Part shown: positions 1-9,438 of the stretch, piece by piece
Numbering within the stretch: position 1 is the stretch's first letter
How the letters are laid out: each line of letters starts with the position of its first letter
Origin: a virus
DNA: 38,620 nt
UHGV virus genome: UHGV-1367834
Strand: one strand, 5' to 3'
Program-made: the position numbers and the translations under genes
Notes under the pieces: model-generated
What the model was told of the DNA's origin: nothing
The model's input: only the letters and a program-made list of their open reading frames with translations
Database searches by the model: none

Positions 1-324
1 CGCTTAGTAGCAAAAGCATTCATTCCAAACCCAGAGAATAAACCACAAGTAAACCATATTGACGAAGATAAATCAAATAACATGGTTTCTAATTTAGAAT
101 GGGTAACAGCTAAAGAAAACTGTAATCATGGTAGTAGGAATATTAAAGTTAGCGCAAATAAACGCATTAGAATAAGATGTATTGAGAATAATACTGTATA
201 TAATAGTATGTCTGAATGTTGTAAAAGTTTAAACTTAAATATATCATGCCTTAGTTCAGTATTAAACGGGAAAAGTGAACACACTAAAGGTTTCACATTT
301 GAAAGGATTGAAGATAATGAATAA
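1..324 (+). CDS. HNH homing endonuclease, 5' truncated by the window edge
   Basis: Reading frame 1 from nt 1 gives [36 protein letters not shown], the same HNH_3-type motifs as the paralogs at 1848, 3126, 29979 and 38441. The C-terminal region resembles the DNA-binding tail of homing endonucleases. Confidence 0.8.
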   Translation, partial: RLVAKAFIPNPENKPQVNHIDEDKSNNMVSNLEWVTAKENCNHGSRNIKVSANKRIRIRCIENNTVYNSMSECCKSLNLNISCLSSVLNGKSEHTKGFTFERIEDNE

Positions 325-523
325 CGCTCATATGTTTAGAAAATTGTTCCCAAATGGTTGGCTTATTGATGTAAAGCACAATCCAAATGGGTTTGGTGAT
401 ATGTATAGTACAAATTATAACTATTCAGTAATGATGCAACATGTACCAAGTGGATTTGTTAGATTTGAAAATATTGAAACGGCGCAAGAAGTTTTTCAAC
501 TTATCGCAAAATATGCAAAATAA
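317..523 (+). CDS. hypothetical protein
   Basis: ORF in the six-frame track. An in-frame ATG at about 317 overlaps the upstream stop codon (ATGA). I recognise no motif. Confidence 0.45.
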   Translation: MNNAHMFRKLFPNGWLIDVKHNPNGFGDMYSTNYNYSVMMQHVPSGFVRFENIETAQEVFQLIAKYAK

Positions 524-619
524 AAAAAGCCAACTCATACGAGTTAGCCTAAGATAGTCTAGGGTAGGAGGAAGTACCCTTGCTATAAATATATTATATC
601 ATAAAATAAAAGTTTTGTG

Positions 620-648
620 TTGACAAATAAACGTCAATATGATACAAT
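620..648 (+). promoter_or_regulatory. early sigma-A-type promoter P1 (TTGACA, 17-nt spacer, TACAAT)
   Basis: Consensus hexamers with a 17-nt spacer upstream of the gene at 679. Confidence 0.6.
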
Positions 649-678
649 TATAATTATAAAACATTAGGAGGAATTTAA

Positions 679-1140
679 ATGAAATTACATGATGGAATGT
701 TAGTAAAACGCAAAGATAATGGGGCTAAAGGTGTAGCACATAAACTTCAAGGTGGTATGTGGAAAGTCAAATATCATGACGGAACACACACATATACTAC
801 AGAGAGTGCTTTTAAAAACCTTTTTGTTATTCCTGAATTAGAAGTTAATTTTGAAGATTCAAAATGTGATGGTGTTGAACCTGATGTAGAAGTTTATTTT
901 GATGATTCAAAACATGATTCAGATTTGATTGACAATCAAATTCATTACACAGTTAACGGTATTCAACCAATTCAAATAATGAAAGCTAACATGACAAAAG
1001 AAGAATTCAGAGGTTTCCTAGAAGGAAATATTCTAAAATATCCATTACGTTATAAACACAAAAATGGACTAGAGGACCTTAAAAAAGCAAAAACATACCT
1101 AACTTGGCTGATTGAAGATATTGAAGAAAGAGGGTTGTAA
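679..1140 (+). CDS. hypothetical phage protein; the C-terminal part resembles DUF3310-type phage proteins
   Basis: Strong RBS (AGGAGGAATTTAAATG) and a consensus early promoter just upstream. The DUF3310 similarity is from memory of a YLTWL..KAK..L-type motif, not a search. Confidence 0.65.
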   Translation: MKLHDGMLVKRKDNGAKGVAHKLQGGMWKVKYHDGTHTYTTESAFKNLFVIPELEVNFEDSKCDGVEPDVEVYFDDSKHDSDLIDNQIHYTVNGIQPIQIMKANMTKEEFRGFLEGNILKYPLRYKHKNGLEDLKKAKTYLTWLIEDIEERGL

Positions 1141-1141
1141 T

Positions 1142-1360
1142 ATGGCTATGGAAAACGATTTAGTACGAGTATTCAAAAGAGATGTAGGAGATTATAAAAA
1201 GATTATGTTGTATTGCAATTCGTCATTAAGTGAACAAGAATATCTTGAAGTAACGCAGTACCCAGATGGAGATTGTGTTGTATATCTAAATAGTGAATAC
1301 AATGAAGAAATAACGTTAAGTAAAAAACAACTAGAAAAACTAATGGAGGAACTTAAATGA
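1142..1360 (+). CDS. hypothetical protein
   Basis: ORF in the track; the ATG at about 1142 directly follows the upstream stop codon, suggesting translational coupling. Confidence 0.5.
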   Translation: MAMENDLVRVFKRDVGDYKKIMLYCNSSLSEQEYLEVTQYPDGDCVVYLNSEYNEEITLSKKQLEKLMEELK

Positions 1361-1836
1361 TTGAAAAATTTGAACCATTGTTTGAACCGTATGAGAGATA
1401 CGCAGTTTCAAACATGGGATATGTGATTGACCGTGACACAGGTTTAACGGTATGGAACTCATATGATGACAACGGCAAACCATATGTAGTATTAGAAGGC
1501 TCACACAACAAGACACGTAAATTTTTTATTGCTAACTTAGTAGCTGAATCATTTGTACTAAACAAAGATAATCTAGGCTACCTATATTATAAAGATGGTG
1601 ATGTTAATAACACGCACTCCAACAACCTTGGGTGGGCTATTAACCCACAAGAAGGTAAACAACGCGTGGCACGCCCACTGCGCAAAAAAGTAGAAGGTAA
1701 ACGTCATAAATTAATTATTGAAATTAATAAAGCGATTGACAAAGATAAATGGGACACTGCTAAACGACTTGGTAAAGAGTTATGGGAATTAGAAGGTTTT
1801 AATTGGGAAGGGAGGAATACACCAGCTCAATATTAG
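1357..1836 (+). CDS. HNH-family endonuclease-like protein
   Basis: RBS GGAGGA about 6 nt upstream of the ATG. The sequence has a YAVSNMGYVIDRDTGL N-terminal motif followed by VAESFV...YKDGDVNNTHSNNLGW, which is HNH_3-like. Confidence 0.55.
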   Translation: MIEKFEPLFEPYERYAVSNMGYVIDRDTGLTVWNSYDDNGKPYVVLEGSHNKTRKFFIANLVAESFVLNKDNLGYLYYKDGDVNNTHSNNLGWAINPQEGKQRVARPLRKKVEGKRHKLIIEINKAIDKDKWDTAKRLGKELWELEGFNWEGRNTPAQY

Positions 1837-1847
1837 GTGTATATATT

Positions 1848-2384
1848 ATGATTGAAGAATGGAAAGATATTAAAGGATATGAAGGTTTATATCAGGTTAG
1901 CAACTTAGGTAGAGTTAAATCATTAGAGCGTATAACTAATATGAAAGACGGACGTATAAGAACTGAAAGGGAGAAGATATTAAAACCTATCAAAGACAAA
2001 CATGGTTACTATAAAGTAAGACTATACAAAAAAGATGGTAAGAAAGAGTTTAAGATACATTCACTTGTATTATTTACATTTGTAGGAATACGTAAGGATG
2101 GTATGGTTGTAAACCATATTGATGAAAATAAATCAAATAATTCACTATACAACTTAGAGTATATTACACAAAAAGAAAATATAAATCATGGTACAGGTAA
2201 TATCAGGAGAAGTAAAAACCAACCAAACAGTATAAGATTAAAAGCAATGAAAAATGGTATTTATTTAGAATTTAACTCTATAACACAATGTGCAAATAAT
2301 CTTAATTTAAACATTTGTCACATAAGTTCTTGTTTGAGTGGAAAAAGAAAAACGCACGGAGGTTGGCAATTTGAGCGCATTTAA
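1848..2384 (+). CDS. HNH homing endonuclease (NUMOD4/HNH_3 type)
   Basis: Motifs EEWKDIKGYEGLYQVSNLGRVKS...VNHIDENKSNN..NLEY...NINHG, with a C-terminal DNA-binding tail ending GGWQFERI. The first ATG preceded by a plausible RBS is at about 1848. Confidence 0.8.
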   Translation: MIEEWKDIKGYEGLYQVSNLGRVKSLERITNMKDGRIRTEREKILKPIKDKHGYYKVRLYKKDGKKEFKIHSLVLFTFVGIRKDGMVVNHIDENKSNNSLYNLEYITQKENINHGTGNIRRSKNQPNSIRLKAMKNGIYLEFNSITQCANNLNLNICHISSCLSGKRKTHGGWQFERI

Positions 2385-3153
2385 CTATGATATTCATTAC
2401 ACAGGTAGTAAAGGAAATTCAGTATCAATATATACTAATCAATTTAATATATTAGTTGATGCAGGTAAGCCTTACAAATTTATAGAGCCATTACTATATG
2501 AAAAACATTTTTTAATATTTACGCACAGACACGGTGACCATTTCAAACCAGCAGTATTTAGAAAAATACGTGAGAACTTCCCAAATATTAAAATTCTAGC
2601 AAATGAAGAAGTAAATAATTTAATGTTTGAAAAAACTAAAATGGGTGCAGATGTTGTTTTTAGTGATAACTTTCAATTTCAAATTGGTACAATGAAATTC
2701 ACAACTATTCAGAACTATCATGGTGCTGGTGAAGAATTAGTTGACTGTCATGGATTAATTATTGAAGATATTGAATCTGGTGAAGTATTATTATATGCAA
2801 CTGATTTAAGCACTACAATAGATTATCAGGAATATTTAGATAAAAACTCTTTACAAGTAGACTACTGTCTGTTAGAATCTAATTACAATCCTTTAGTAAT
2901 TGAATTTTATGAATTAACAAAAGCGCACACTGGTTTTGATATTTTTAGTAACGGTTCATATCGTCACTTAGCTTCAACTGAACATAAAGAATTTACAGAA
3001 AAGTATTGCAAAGCAGATTCAATTGTGGTACCATTACACCAAAGCGAAACATATTCAACTTTTGAAGGACTAATAAAACGTACTAAAAAATCAGATAACA
3101 AGATTACAGAGAAAGAGGTGAAAGCATGGTTGGAGAAAAAGAAACATATTTAG
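2338..3153 (+). CDS. metallo-beta-lactamase-fold hydrolase
   Basis: HxHxDH motif (FTHRHGDHF), with later His and Asp residues typical of the MBL fold. The start is uncertain: the ATG at 2338 overlaps the upstream gene, and a TTG at about 2368 with a GGAGG RBS is an alternative. Confidence 0.65.
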   Translation: MEKEKRTEVGNLSAFNYDIHYTGSKGNSVSIYTNQFNILVDAGKPYKFIEPLLYEKHFLIFTHRHGDHFKPAVFRKIRENFPNIKILANEEVNNLMFEKTKMGADVVFSDNFQFQIGTMKFTTIQNYHGAGEELVDCHGLIIEDIESGEVLLYATDLSTTIDYQEYLDKNSLQVDYCLLESNYNPLVIEFYELTKAHTGFDIFSNGSYRHLASTEHKEFTEKYCKADSIVVPLHQSETYSTFEGLIKRTKKSDNKITEKEVKAWLEKKKHI

Positions 3154-3650
3154 ATATAAAAGCTTATGAGGGATTATATCTAGTTAGTAATTTAGGTAGA
3201 GTTAAAAGAAAATATATTGATTCAGAAAGGATATTAAAAGGGTATGAAAACGAATGTGGATATATAGTTGTTTGTTTGTCTAAAAACGGCAAATCTAAGA
3301 ACTTTAAAGTTCACCGCTTAGTAGCAGAAGCTTTTATACTAAACCCAGAAAACAAACCAACCGTAAACCATATTGATGAAGATAAAACAAATAATAAAGC
3401 TGACAATTTAGAATGGGCTACAATGAAGGAACAGAATAACCATGGTACGAGGAATAAACGCTCATCAAAAACGCAAGGAATGAAAATAAAAGCAATAGAT
3501 ATTGCAAATGGTGAATATAATATCTACAACTCACAACAAGAATGCGCTAAGAGACTGAACATTATGCAATCAAGTATTAGTCAATGTATTAAAGGAAATA
3601 TGAAACAAACTGGAGGTTATATTTTTGAAAAAATCACAAATGAGTTATAA
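3126..3650 (+). CDS. HNH homing endonuclease (NUMOD4/HNH_3 type)
   Basis: Motifs KAYEGLYLVSNLGRVKR...[15 protein letters not shown]...NNHG, C-terminal tail GGYIFEKI. RBS AGAGGTG upstream. Confidence 0.8.
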   Translation: MVGEKETYLDIKAYEGLYLVSNLGRVKRKYIDSERILKGYENECGYIVVCLSKNGKSKNFKVHRLVAEAFILNPENKPTVNHIDEDKTNNKADNLEWATMKEQNNHGTRNKRSSKTQGMKIKAIDIANGEYNIYNSQQECAKRLNIMQSSISQCIKGNMKQTGGYIFEKITNEL

Positions 3651-3807
3651 AACGTTACTGATGTTAGATTATGGTTATACTGTAAATGACCTACTAAACA
3701 CATTAGAGGAACGAACAGACCTAATTAAAATGGGATTCACATTTAACGAGATTTTCAAAGCTAAGTGGTTACGATTGAAAGCGGAGGACGAACGCAATGG
3801 AATTTGA
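3625..3807 (+). CDS. hypothetical small protein
   Basis: ORF in the track with a TTG start and GGAGG 8 nt upstream. This is a weak call. Confidence 0.35.
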   Translation: MKKSQMSYKTLLMLDYGYTVNDLLNTLEERTDLIKMGFTFNEIFKAKWLRLKAEDERNGI

Positions 3808-4615
3808 AATTGCAATTAAAACCAATGGTGTTCAGTCAATCGAATTTGCAGACTACGAAAAAATACTAAATGACGCGCAGAAGTTGGCTGATAAAATGAA
3901 AGAGCAAGAAGTTACAGAAGAAACAATCAAAGAGAATAAAAAGTTAGTAGCTACAATCAATAAACGAATTAGAGAACTAGACACACAACGTAAACTAGTA
4001 AAAAGTGAAATCATGACACCTTATGACGAACTAAACGAAAAAATACAGACTTTAAAGGACGTACTAAAGGAAGGTATAGAACATGTTAATGTACAAATTA
4101 AAACATTCAACGAGCAAGAACAAAAAGAACGTACATTACAAATTGAAGAACTTTTCAATAAGTACCAAGCTTCATATAATGCGCCACAATGGCTATCTTT
4201 TGATAAGTTCATTGCAAAAAACAGAAGTTTAGTAACTAATAAAGCAACCTCACAAAAAACAATCACACAAGCAATTGTGATGTATTTTGAACTGTTTAAA
4301 CAAGACTATTCAGACTTGAAAGAACAGGTAACAGACAAAGATGACCGCATGGCAATACTTATTGCATATTCAAGAAATGGTTTCAATATGAATGAAGCTA
4401 TTGAAGAATTTAAAGAAATGAAGTCAGAACGTGAACGACTTGAAAAGGAACAACAACGAGTAAGAGAAACAAAAGTTCCTGACATTGTAATTTTAACAGG
4501 AAATGAAGATAAAGTTGTTGACAAACCAATTGAAGTGAGTTATACTAATATTAAGGTTAAGACATCAGACTTAACCAAACTAAAACAATTAGGAATTGAA
4601 TGGGAGGAAATTTAA
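3797..4615 (+). CDS. hypothetical coiled-coil protein, possibly of the DUF1351-like early-phage type
   Basis: RBS GGAGG upstream. The protein is long, Lys/Glu-rich and predicted coiled-coil. The family assignment is tentative. Confidence 0.6.
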   Translation: MEFEIAIKTNGVQSIEFADYEKILNDAQKLADKMKEQEVTEETIKENKKLVATINKRIRELDTQRKLVKSEIMTPYDELNEKIQTLKDVLKEGIEHVNVQIKTFNEQEQKERTLQIEELFNKYQASYNAPQWLSFDKFIAKNRSLVTNKATSQKTITQAIVMYFELFKQDYSDLKEQVTDKDDRMAILIAYSRNGFNMNEAIEEFKEMKSERERLEKEQQRVRETKVPDIVILTGNEDKVVDKPIEVSYTNIKVKTSDLTKLKQLGIEWEEI

Positions 4616-4906
4616 ATGATTATCAAAGAAGATGTATTGCGTTGCACGTATTTTCCAAAGGATTTAAAAGAAGGAAGTATCACATTTAAAAAACTGGTAG
4701 AGCGCAGAAATAAACACAATGCCCCAGAATTTGACTTTGATGGTACTACGTTTTATGTTGAAAGTATGGAAGTAGAATATGAAACAAATGAGTTCCACGT
4801 TATGAGGGCTATTATTGTAAAAGAAGCAAAAGGCGGACAGTCAATTGAGAAATTTAATCTTGAAGTGGATTATAACGCAAACACAATGACATTGGAGGAA
4901 ATTTAA
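4616..4906 (+). CDS. hypothetical protein
   Basis: RBS GGGAGGAAATTTAAATG; the start is coupled to the upstream stop codon. Confidence 0.6.
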   Translation: MIIKEDVLRCTYFPKDLKEGSITFKKLVERRNKHNAPEFDFDGTTFYVESMEVEYETNEFHVMRAIIVKEAKGGQSIEKFNLEVDYNANTMTLEEI

Positions 4907-5158
4907 ATGGCTGAATTACCATTATGGAAGTTACACACATTAGAAGGTAAAAAAGAAGTACTCTTTATTAATGGAATAGCAACATATGGTGAGAGTTATA
5001 TTATGATTGATAATGTACGTTTTGGATTTATTGAGTTTACAATGGTTAATAACTATGACGAGTACACTCTTAAAGGTACTGTATACGAAGCTGGTGATAT
5101 TGAATTAATTAATATCTTCATTAATTACAATCAACGTTATATTATTTTAGGAAAATAA
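4907..5158 (+). CDS. hypothetical protein
   Basis: RBS TGGAGGAAATTTAAATG, coupled to the upstream gene. Confidence 0.6.
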   Translation: MAELPLWKLHTLEGKKEVLFINGIATYGESYIMIDNVRFGFIEFTMVNNYDEYTLKGTVYEAGDIELINIFINYNQRYIILGK

Positions 5159-5241
5159 GGTACACAAGTTAGGGAAAGTATGTTATACTATTTAAGTAGT
5201 AAAAAAAAAAAATAAAAACAAATTATTGGAGGAATTTTATT

Positions 5242-5952
5242 ATGTCAGAAAAAACAAAATTAGTTATCGTGAGTGTAGAGGATTCAGAAATTTCAACTAA
5301 ATTACAAGTGGCAAAATTAGACTATTCAGAAATGTATGACGCAGTAGCATACAAACAACAATACAACAAAGATACTGAAAAATGGGAAGATTCAGAAGAA
5401 GCTATGAAAAAATATAATGAAGCACTAGAAGTTGCTGGCGGTTCATTTGAAGAAGATAATGAAATTGAACTATTTGTTGATGAACAATCAGGTAAAGCAT
5501 ACTTTACAGAAGGGTCTGGCTTTATCAAAATTGAGAAACCACTAGTTAGCTTAAAACGTATTAAGAAAGCACCAATTGTTGCAATTCAAGATTCGCCTAA
5601 GTGTCGTTCAGTAGTAATTGAACATAAAGGTAAACATTACGCATTTAACTTTAATACAGGTGTATGGTTAGAAAAGAAAAAACAATTTATTCCAAACAAA
5701 GCAAAAATTGCAAAAGCAAAAGTACGCTTCAACGAAGTATTTGAAGATGTGGGTGTGGATTGGGACAATGCAAAAGAAAAAGCAATTGGAATGGTTGTTG
5801 ACGTAACAGTTAAAAAAAATGAATTAGACACAACAAGCAACGTTGGTTGGTTAGAAGCGTTACCACTTGACCCAGATGACCAACCAGAACAAAAACCAGT
5901 TGAAGAAGTTTATCACTCAATTGACATTACAGCTGATGATTTACCATTCTAA
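5242..5952 (+). CDS. hypothetical acidic protein, possibly ssDNA-binding-like
   Basis: Strong RBS TTGGAGGAATT. The protein is acidic with an Asp/Glu-rich C-terminal tail (LDPDDQPEQKPVEEV) of the kind seen in SSB-like proteins. The functional call is speculative. Confidence 0.6.
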   Translation: MSEKTKLVIVSVEDSEISTKLQVAKLDYSEMYDAVAYKQQYNKDTEKWEDSEEAMKKYNEALEVAGGSFEEDNEIELFVDEQSGKAYFTEGSGFIKIEKPLVSLKRIKKAPIVAIQDSPKCRSVVIEHKGKHYAFNFNTGVWLEKKKQFIPNKAKIAKAKVRFNEVFEDVGVDWDNAKEKAIGMVVDVTVKKNELDTTSNVGWLEALPLDPDDQPEQKPVEEVYHSIDITADDLPF

Positions 5953-5980
5953 AATATTTAAAGAAAGTTGACTAAAACAG

Positions 5981-6009
5981 TTGACTTTCTTTTTTTCTCA
6001 TGATATACT
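5981..6009 (+). promoter_or_regulatory. early promoter P2 (TTGACT, 17-nt spacer, TATACT) inside a duplicated promoter module
   Basis: The segment 5959-6043 is nearly identical to 36384-36467 (AAAGAAAGTTGACTAAAACAGTTGACTTTCTTTTTTT...TATACTTA.TTCATAAG.TAA). An 8-bp stem AAAGAAAG/CTTTCTTT plus a T-run overlaps the -35. Confidence 0.65.
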
Positions 6010-6042
6010 TAGTTCATAAGATAAAGAGAGGAAGTAATACAA

Positions 6043-6201
6043 ATGACAATCAAACAAATTCAAGAATACGCTAACCAATACGGAAACACAGTAACAGAAC
6101 AAGAGATTAAACAATTTTTCGCAGAACACAACGGACAACCTAGCGCAATGGACTTAGCAATTTTCGTTGGCGCAATGAATGAAGATGGAACAAGAAATTA
6201 A
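6043..6201 (+). CDS. small hypothetical protein of 52 aa, not in the ORF track
   Basis: ATG preceded by AGAGAGGAAG, immediately downstream of consensus early promoter P2. The reading frame is MTIKQIQEYANQYGNTVTEQEIKQFFAEHNGQPSAMDLAIFVGAMNEDGTRN. Confidence 0.5.
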   Translation: MTIKQIQEYANQYGNTVTEQEIKQFFAEHNGQPSAMDLAIFVGAMNEDGTRN

Positions 6202-6226
6202 AATAAGAGTAAGAGAGGTAATGAGA

Positions 6227-6451
6227 ATGAAAAACAGATTCAAGATAGGACAATACGTAGAACTTAAAAATGACAATCACAATGGTATTGGTAGTAAAGG
6301 TGATAAGGTAGTTATACTAGCTAAACTATTTAAACTAGTAGATGGTGTAGATCTTATCTGTAGATTCTCTAATGGGTGTACAGAAGGTTTCTTACAACGT
6401 GAGTTGAAATTAGCAACAAAAACACTTGACAGAATCACATTAATAAAGTAG
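6227..6451 (+). CDS. hypothetical protein
   Basis: The track ORF runs 6179-6451. The ATG at about 6227 has the RBS AAGAGAGG at a proper spacing. Confidence 0.55.
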   Translation: MKNRFKIGQYVELKNDNHNGIGSKGDKVVILAKLFKLVDGVDLICRFSNGCTEGFLQRELKLATKTLDRITLIK

Positions 6452-6485
6452 AATAATAGTATAAACAAATTGGAGGAATTAACAC

Positions 6486-8777
6486 ATGAAAAATATTGCA
6501 GAATTTAAAAAGGCACCAGAACTAGCTGAAAAATTATTGGAGGTATTCAGTAATCTAAAAGGTAATTCACGAAGTCTTGACCCAATGAGAGCTGGTCAAC
6601 ATGATGTGGTTGTGATTGAATCTACCAAAAAGTTATCAGCAAAAGGAAAAGAAATGAAAGTAGTTAAAATGCGGTCATTAGAAGATGGTAGGGACGTTAT
6701 AAGCTACATCATGAAGTTTCGTAAATATGACTGGGACAAATGGAAAAATGTTGAAGTTGGTGACCGTTTATTAATTGATTTAAAATTTAGCAATGGTTTT
6801 GCTACAGTCAAACCTATTAGAAGTATTTCAAAAGGTAATGATACACCATTTAAACCAAGTGAAGCATTAACAAAACAAACCATTTTATTATTTGATATTG
6901 AGATTTTTAAACATGATAGTTTATTTATATTTCGTGATTACTTCACCAAAGAATGGTTTATCATTAATAATGACCTTGACGAATTACGCAAGTTTTATCT
7001 TGAATACCGTGATTCAATGTTTATTGGGTATAATAATGCGTCATATGATAACAATGTAATGCGTGGGTATTTACAAGGCAAAAATGCTTATCAGATGTCT
7101 AAGACAATTATTGAATCAGATAATAGAGGTCTAGTTTATAAGATGTTTGATAGCCATAAAACACCATTGTTTGGAATGGACCTGTACCAAGATAACAAAG
7201 GTTTTAGCTTAAAAGAGCATTCAGCATTCTTAGGTATCAACATTAAAGAAACAGAAGTAGATTTTGACATGGATAGACCATTGACAGATGAAGAAAAAGA
7301 GAAAAACGTTGCATACTGTATGAATGATGTATTAGCAACTGAAAAACGTTTTGAACAAAACATTGGTATGTTATTGGCTAAAGCAACCATTGCTTTAATG
7401 TTTGACATGGATAAGACAGACCTATTACAAACCAATGCTAATTTAACAGCTAAGTTACTTGGTGCAACTAAACAAGAAGTTAGACCAGACTTAACAGACC
7501 CATTAGAATTAGATAAACGATTAAACATTAATACAAAAGAAATTGCAGAAGCATATCTTAACCATGAGTTTGAACTAAATGAAGATGGTAAATTAAATGT
7601 GTCATTAGAGTACACGGACGAAGATGGATATACAATGATTTTTGGTAGTGGTGGTGTACATGGTGCTAAAGCCAGTTATATTCACATTGGAATGTTCCCA
7701 ATGCGTGACTGGGGTTCATTATACCCAAACACAATGGAACAATTCAACTTACTATCAAGAAATATTCCAAAGGATAAGATTCACCGTTATGGTGACTTGC
7801 TAAAACAACGTATGGACGCTAAGTATTCAGGTGAAGAAGTGGCAAACATTAAAGGTGTAGAAGTACCAACATATGTAATGATTAACGGTATCAAGTTACC
7901 ATTGAACACTAAGTTTGGTGCTACTGGTGCGCAGTTCAATGGTTTATATGACCCAAGAAACCAATTCTTGGTTTGTGCAACTGGTCAATTGATTATGACA
8001 AACATGTATGAATTAATTAAAGGTAAGGCACAGTTCATTCAATCAAATACAGATGCACACGCATATATTCCAAACAGTGAAGCAGATGACAAAGCTATTG
8101 ATGAAGCTTTAGATGAATTTGCTAACAAGATTGGGCTAACATTAGATAAGGATATGTTCCGTGAAATTTGGCAAAAAGATGTAAATAACTACATTGCAGT
8201 ACAACCAAATGGAAAAGTAAAAGTAAAAGGTGCTATTGGCTTAACAGGTGGCATGAAAGTGTCAAAAGCGATTGTATCTAATGCGTTCATTAATTACCTA
8301 GTAGCTGGTAAAGATTATAAAGACTTTATCAATGAATGTAATGAACTAAGACAGTTTCAAATTATTACTAAAACAGGTTGGACCTTTGATAGAACGGTTG
8401 CACGTGATAGTGAAGGTAATGAGTTCAACGCACAGAAGGTTAACCGTGTGTTTGCAGTAAAAGACAAAACTAATGCAGTAGAATTGTTTAAGGTCAAAGA
8501 AGGTCAATTATTAGATATTGAAGCTGATGAATTTAAGGATAACATTTCATATACAAAAGGACTGGCAAACGCACCAGAATACTACACAATCAGTAATGAA
8601 GCGATTGGCGAAGGTATTACAATTGATGAAGTTGACAAACAATACTATATTGACCAAGTAGAAGATACTCTTGAACTATGGTTTGGTGAAAATTGGAAAG
8701 AACGTATTGAACAAGCACATCATGAACGAGAATTACAAGGATTCAAACCAGTGGAAGTAAAAAATTATATTGACTAA
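6486..8777 (+). CDS. family B DNA polymerase with a 3'-5' exonuclease domain
   Basis: Exo I motif LLFDIE, Exo II motif YNNASYDNNV, Exo III motif YCMNDV. Polymerase motif A-like DWGSLYPNTM and motif C-like SNTDA. Strong RBS TTGGAGGAATT. Confidence 0.85.
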   Translation: MKNIAEFKKAPELAEKLLEVFSNLKGNSRSLDPMRAGQHDVVVIESTKKLSAKGKEMKVVKMRSLEDGRDVISYIMKFRKYDWDKWKNVEVGDRLLIDLKFSNGFATVKPIRSISKGNDTPFKPSEALTKQTILLFDIEIFKHDSLFIFRDYFTKEWFIINNDLDELRKFYLEYRDSMFIGYNNASYDNNVMRGYLQGKNAYQMSKTIIESDNRGLVYKMFDSHKTPLFGMDLYQDNKGFSLKEHSAFLGINIKETEVDFDMDRPLTDEEKEKNVAYCMNDVLATEKRFEQNIGMLLAKATIALMFDMDKTDLLQTNANLTAKLLGATKQEVRPDLTDPLELDKRLNINTKEIAEAYLNHEFELNEDGKLNVSLEYTDEDGYTMIFGSGGVHGAKASYIHIGMFPMRDWGSLYPNTMEQFNLLSRNIPKDKIHRYGDLLKQRMDAKYSGEEVANIKGVEVPTYVMINGIKLPLNTKFGATGAQFNGLYDPRNQFLVCATGQLIMTNMYELIKGKAQFIQSNTDAHAYIPNSEADDKAIDEALDEFANKIGLTLDKDMFREIWQKDVNNYIAVQPNGKVKVKGAIGLTGGMKVSKAIVSNAFINYLVAGKDYKDFINECNELRQFQIITKTGWTFDRTVARDSEGNEFNAQKVNRVFAVKDKTNAVELFKVKEGQLLDIEADEFKDNISYTKGLANAPEYYTISNEAIGEGITIDEVDKQYYIDQVEDTLELWFGENWKERIEQAHHERELQGFKPVEVKNYID

Positions 8778-8781
8778 AGTA

Positions 8782-8819
8782 TTGACAAACGATAGGTAAG
8801 GTGATATACTTTACCTATC
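8782..8819 (+). promoter_or_regulatory. early promoter P3 (TTGACA, 17-nt spacer, TATACT) with a 9-bp inverted repeat GATAGGTAA/TTACCTATC bracketing the -10
   Basis: Read directly; this is an operator-like palindrome. Confidence 0.6.
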
Positions 8820-8839
8820 AATAAATAGGAGGAATTTAA

Positions 8840-9438
8840 ATGAACGCACTTGAAGTTAAAAGTGTAAAAGAATATACTGTTTTACCAGTACCACGAAATG
8901 CAATTCGTGATTTTATTGAAGAATGGCACTACACACACACTCTATAAATGGTCTACAATCATCATACTGTTTTGGTCTATATTGTGGTAATGAATTAATT
9001 GGCGCTATGATATATGGTGGCTTAGGTATGGCAAATGTTTGGAAGAAATACGGTGAAACCAAGGAGGAAGTTTTGGAACTTCGTAGACTATGTTTGATTG
9101 ATGATACTAAACGTAATGCAGAATCGTACTTCATTGGTAAAACATTGAAATGGTTACGTATGAATACAACTGTAAAAACTATTGTAAGTTATGCAGACCC
9201 AAATCATGGGCATGAAGGTATCATTTATAAAGCAACAAACTTCACGTTAGTAGGAAAGACAACTAAAACTAAAGTTATAAAATACGGTGATAAGACATAT
9301 CATGATAAAGCAATCAGAACGAAATACAAAGGTAAACTGAAACCATTTGCGCAACGACTAGTTGATGCTTTAAACAGTGGTGAAGCTTATTATATTGAAC
9401 AAGAACCTAAAAATATTTATGTAAAGGAATTGATTTAA
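8840..9438 (+). CDS. hypothetical protein split by a frameshift at a (CA)5 tract; the ORFs are 8840-8947 and 8923-9438
   Basis: A strong RBS (TAGGAGGAATTTAAATG) precedes the ATG at 8840, but that frame stops after ...EEWHYTHTL. The reading continues in another frame as HTHSINGLQSSYCFGLYCGNELIGAMIYGG..., and that second ORF has no RBS of its own. The junction lies in the tract ACACACACAC at about 8931-8940. Confidence 0.5.

Noticed and set aside
5204-5215. An A12 homopolymer upstream of the gene at 5242
   Set aside because: It lies in an AT-rich leader between a terminator-like region and the RBS. It is probably just a spacer or UP-like A-tract with no clear function.
7136-7615. A 159-aa minus-strand ORF
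   Set aside because: It is antisense within the DNA polymerase gene and has no RBS. It is spurious.
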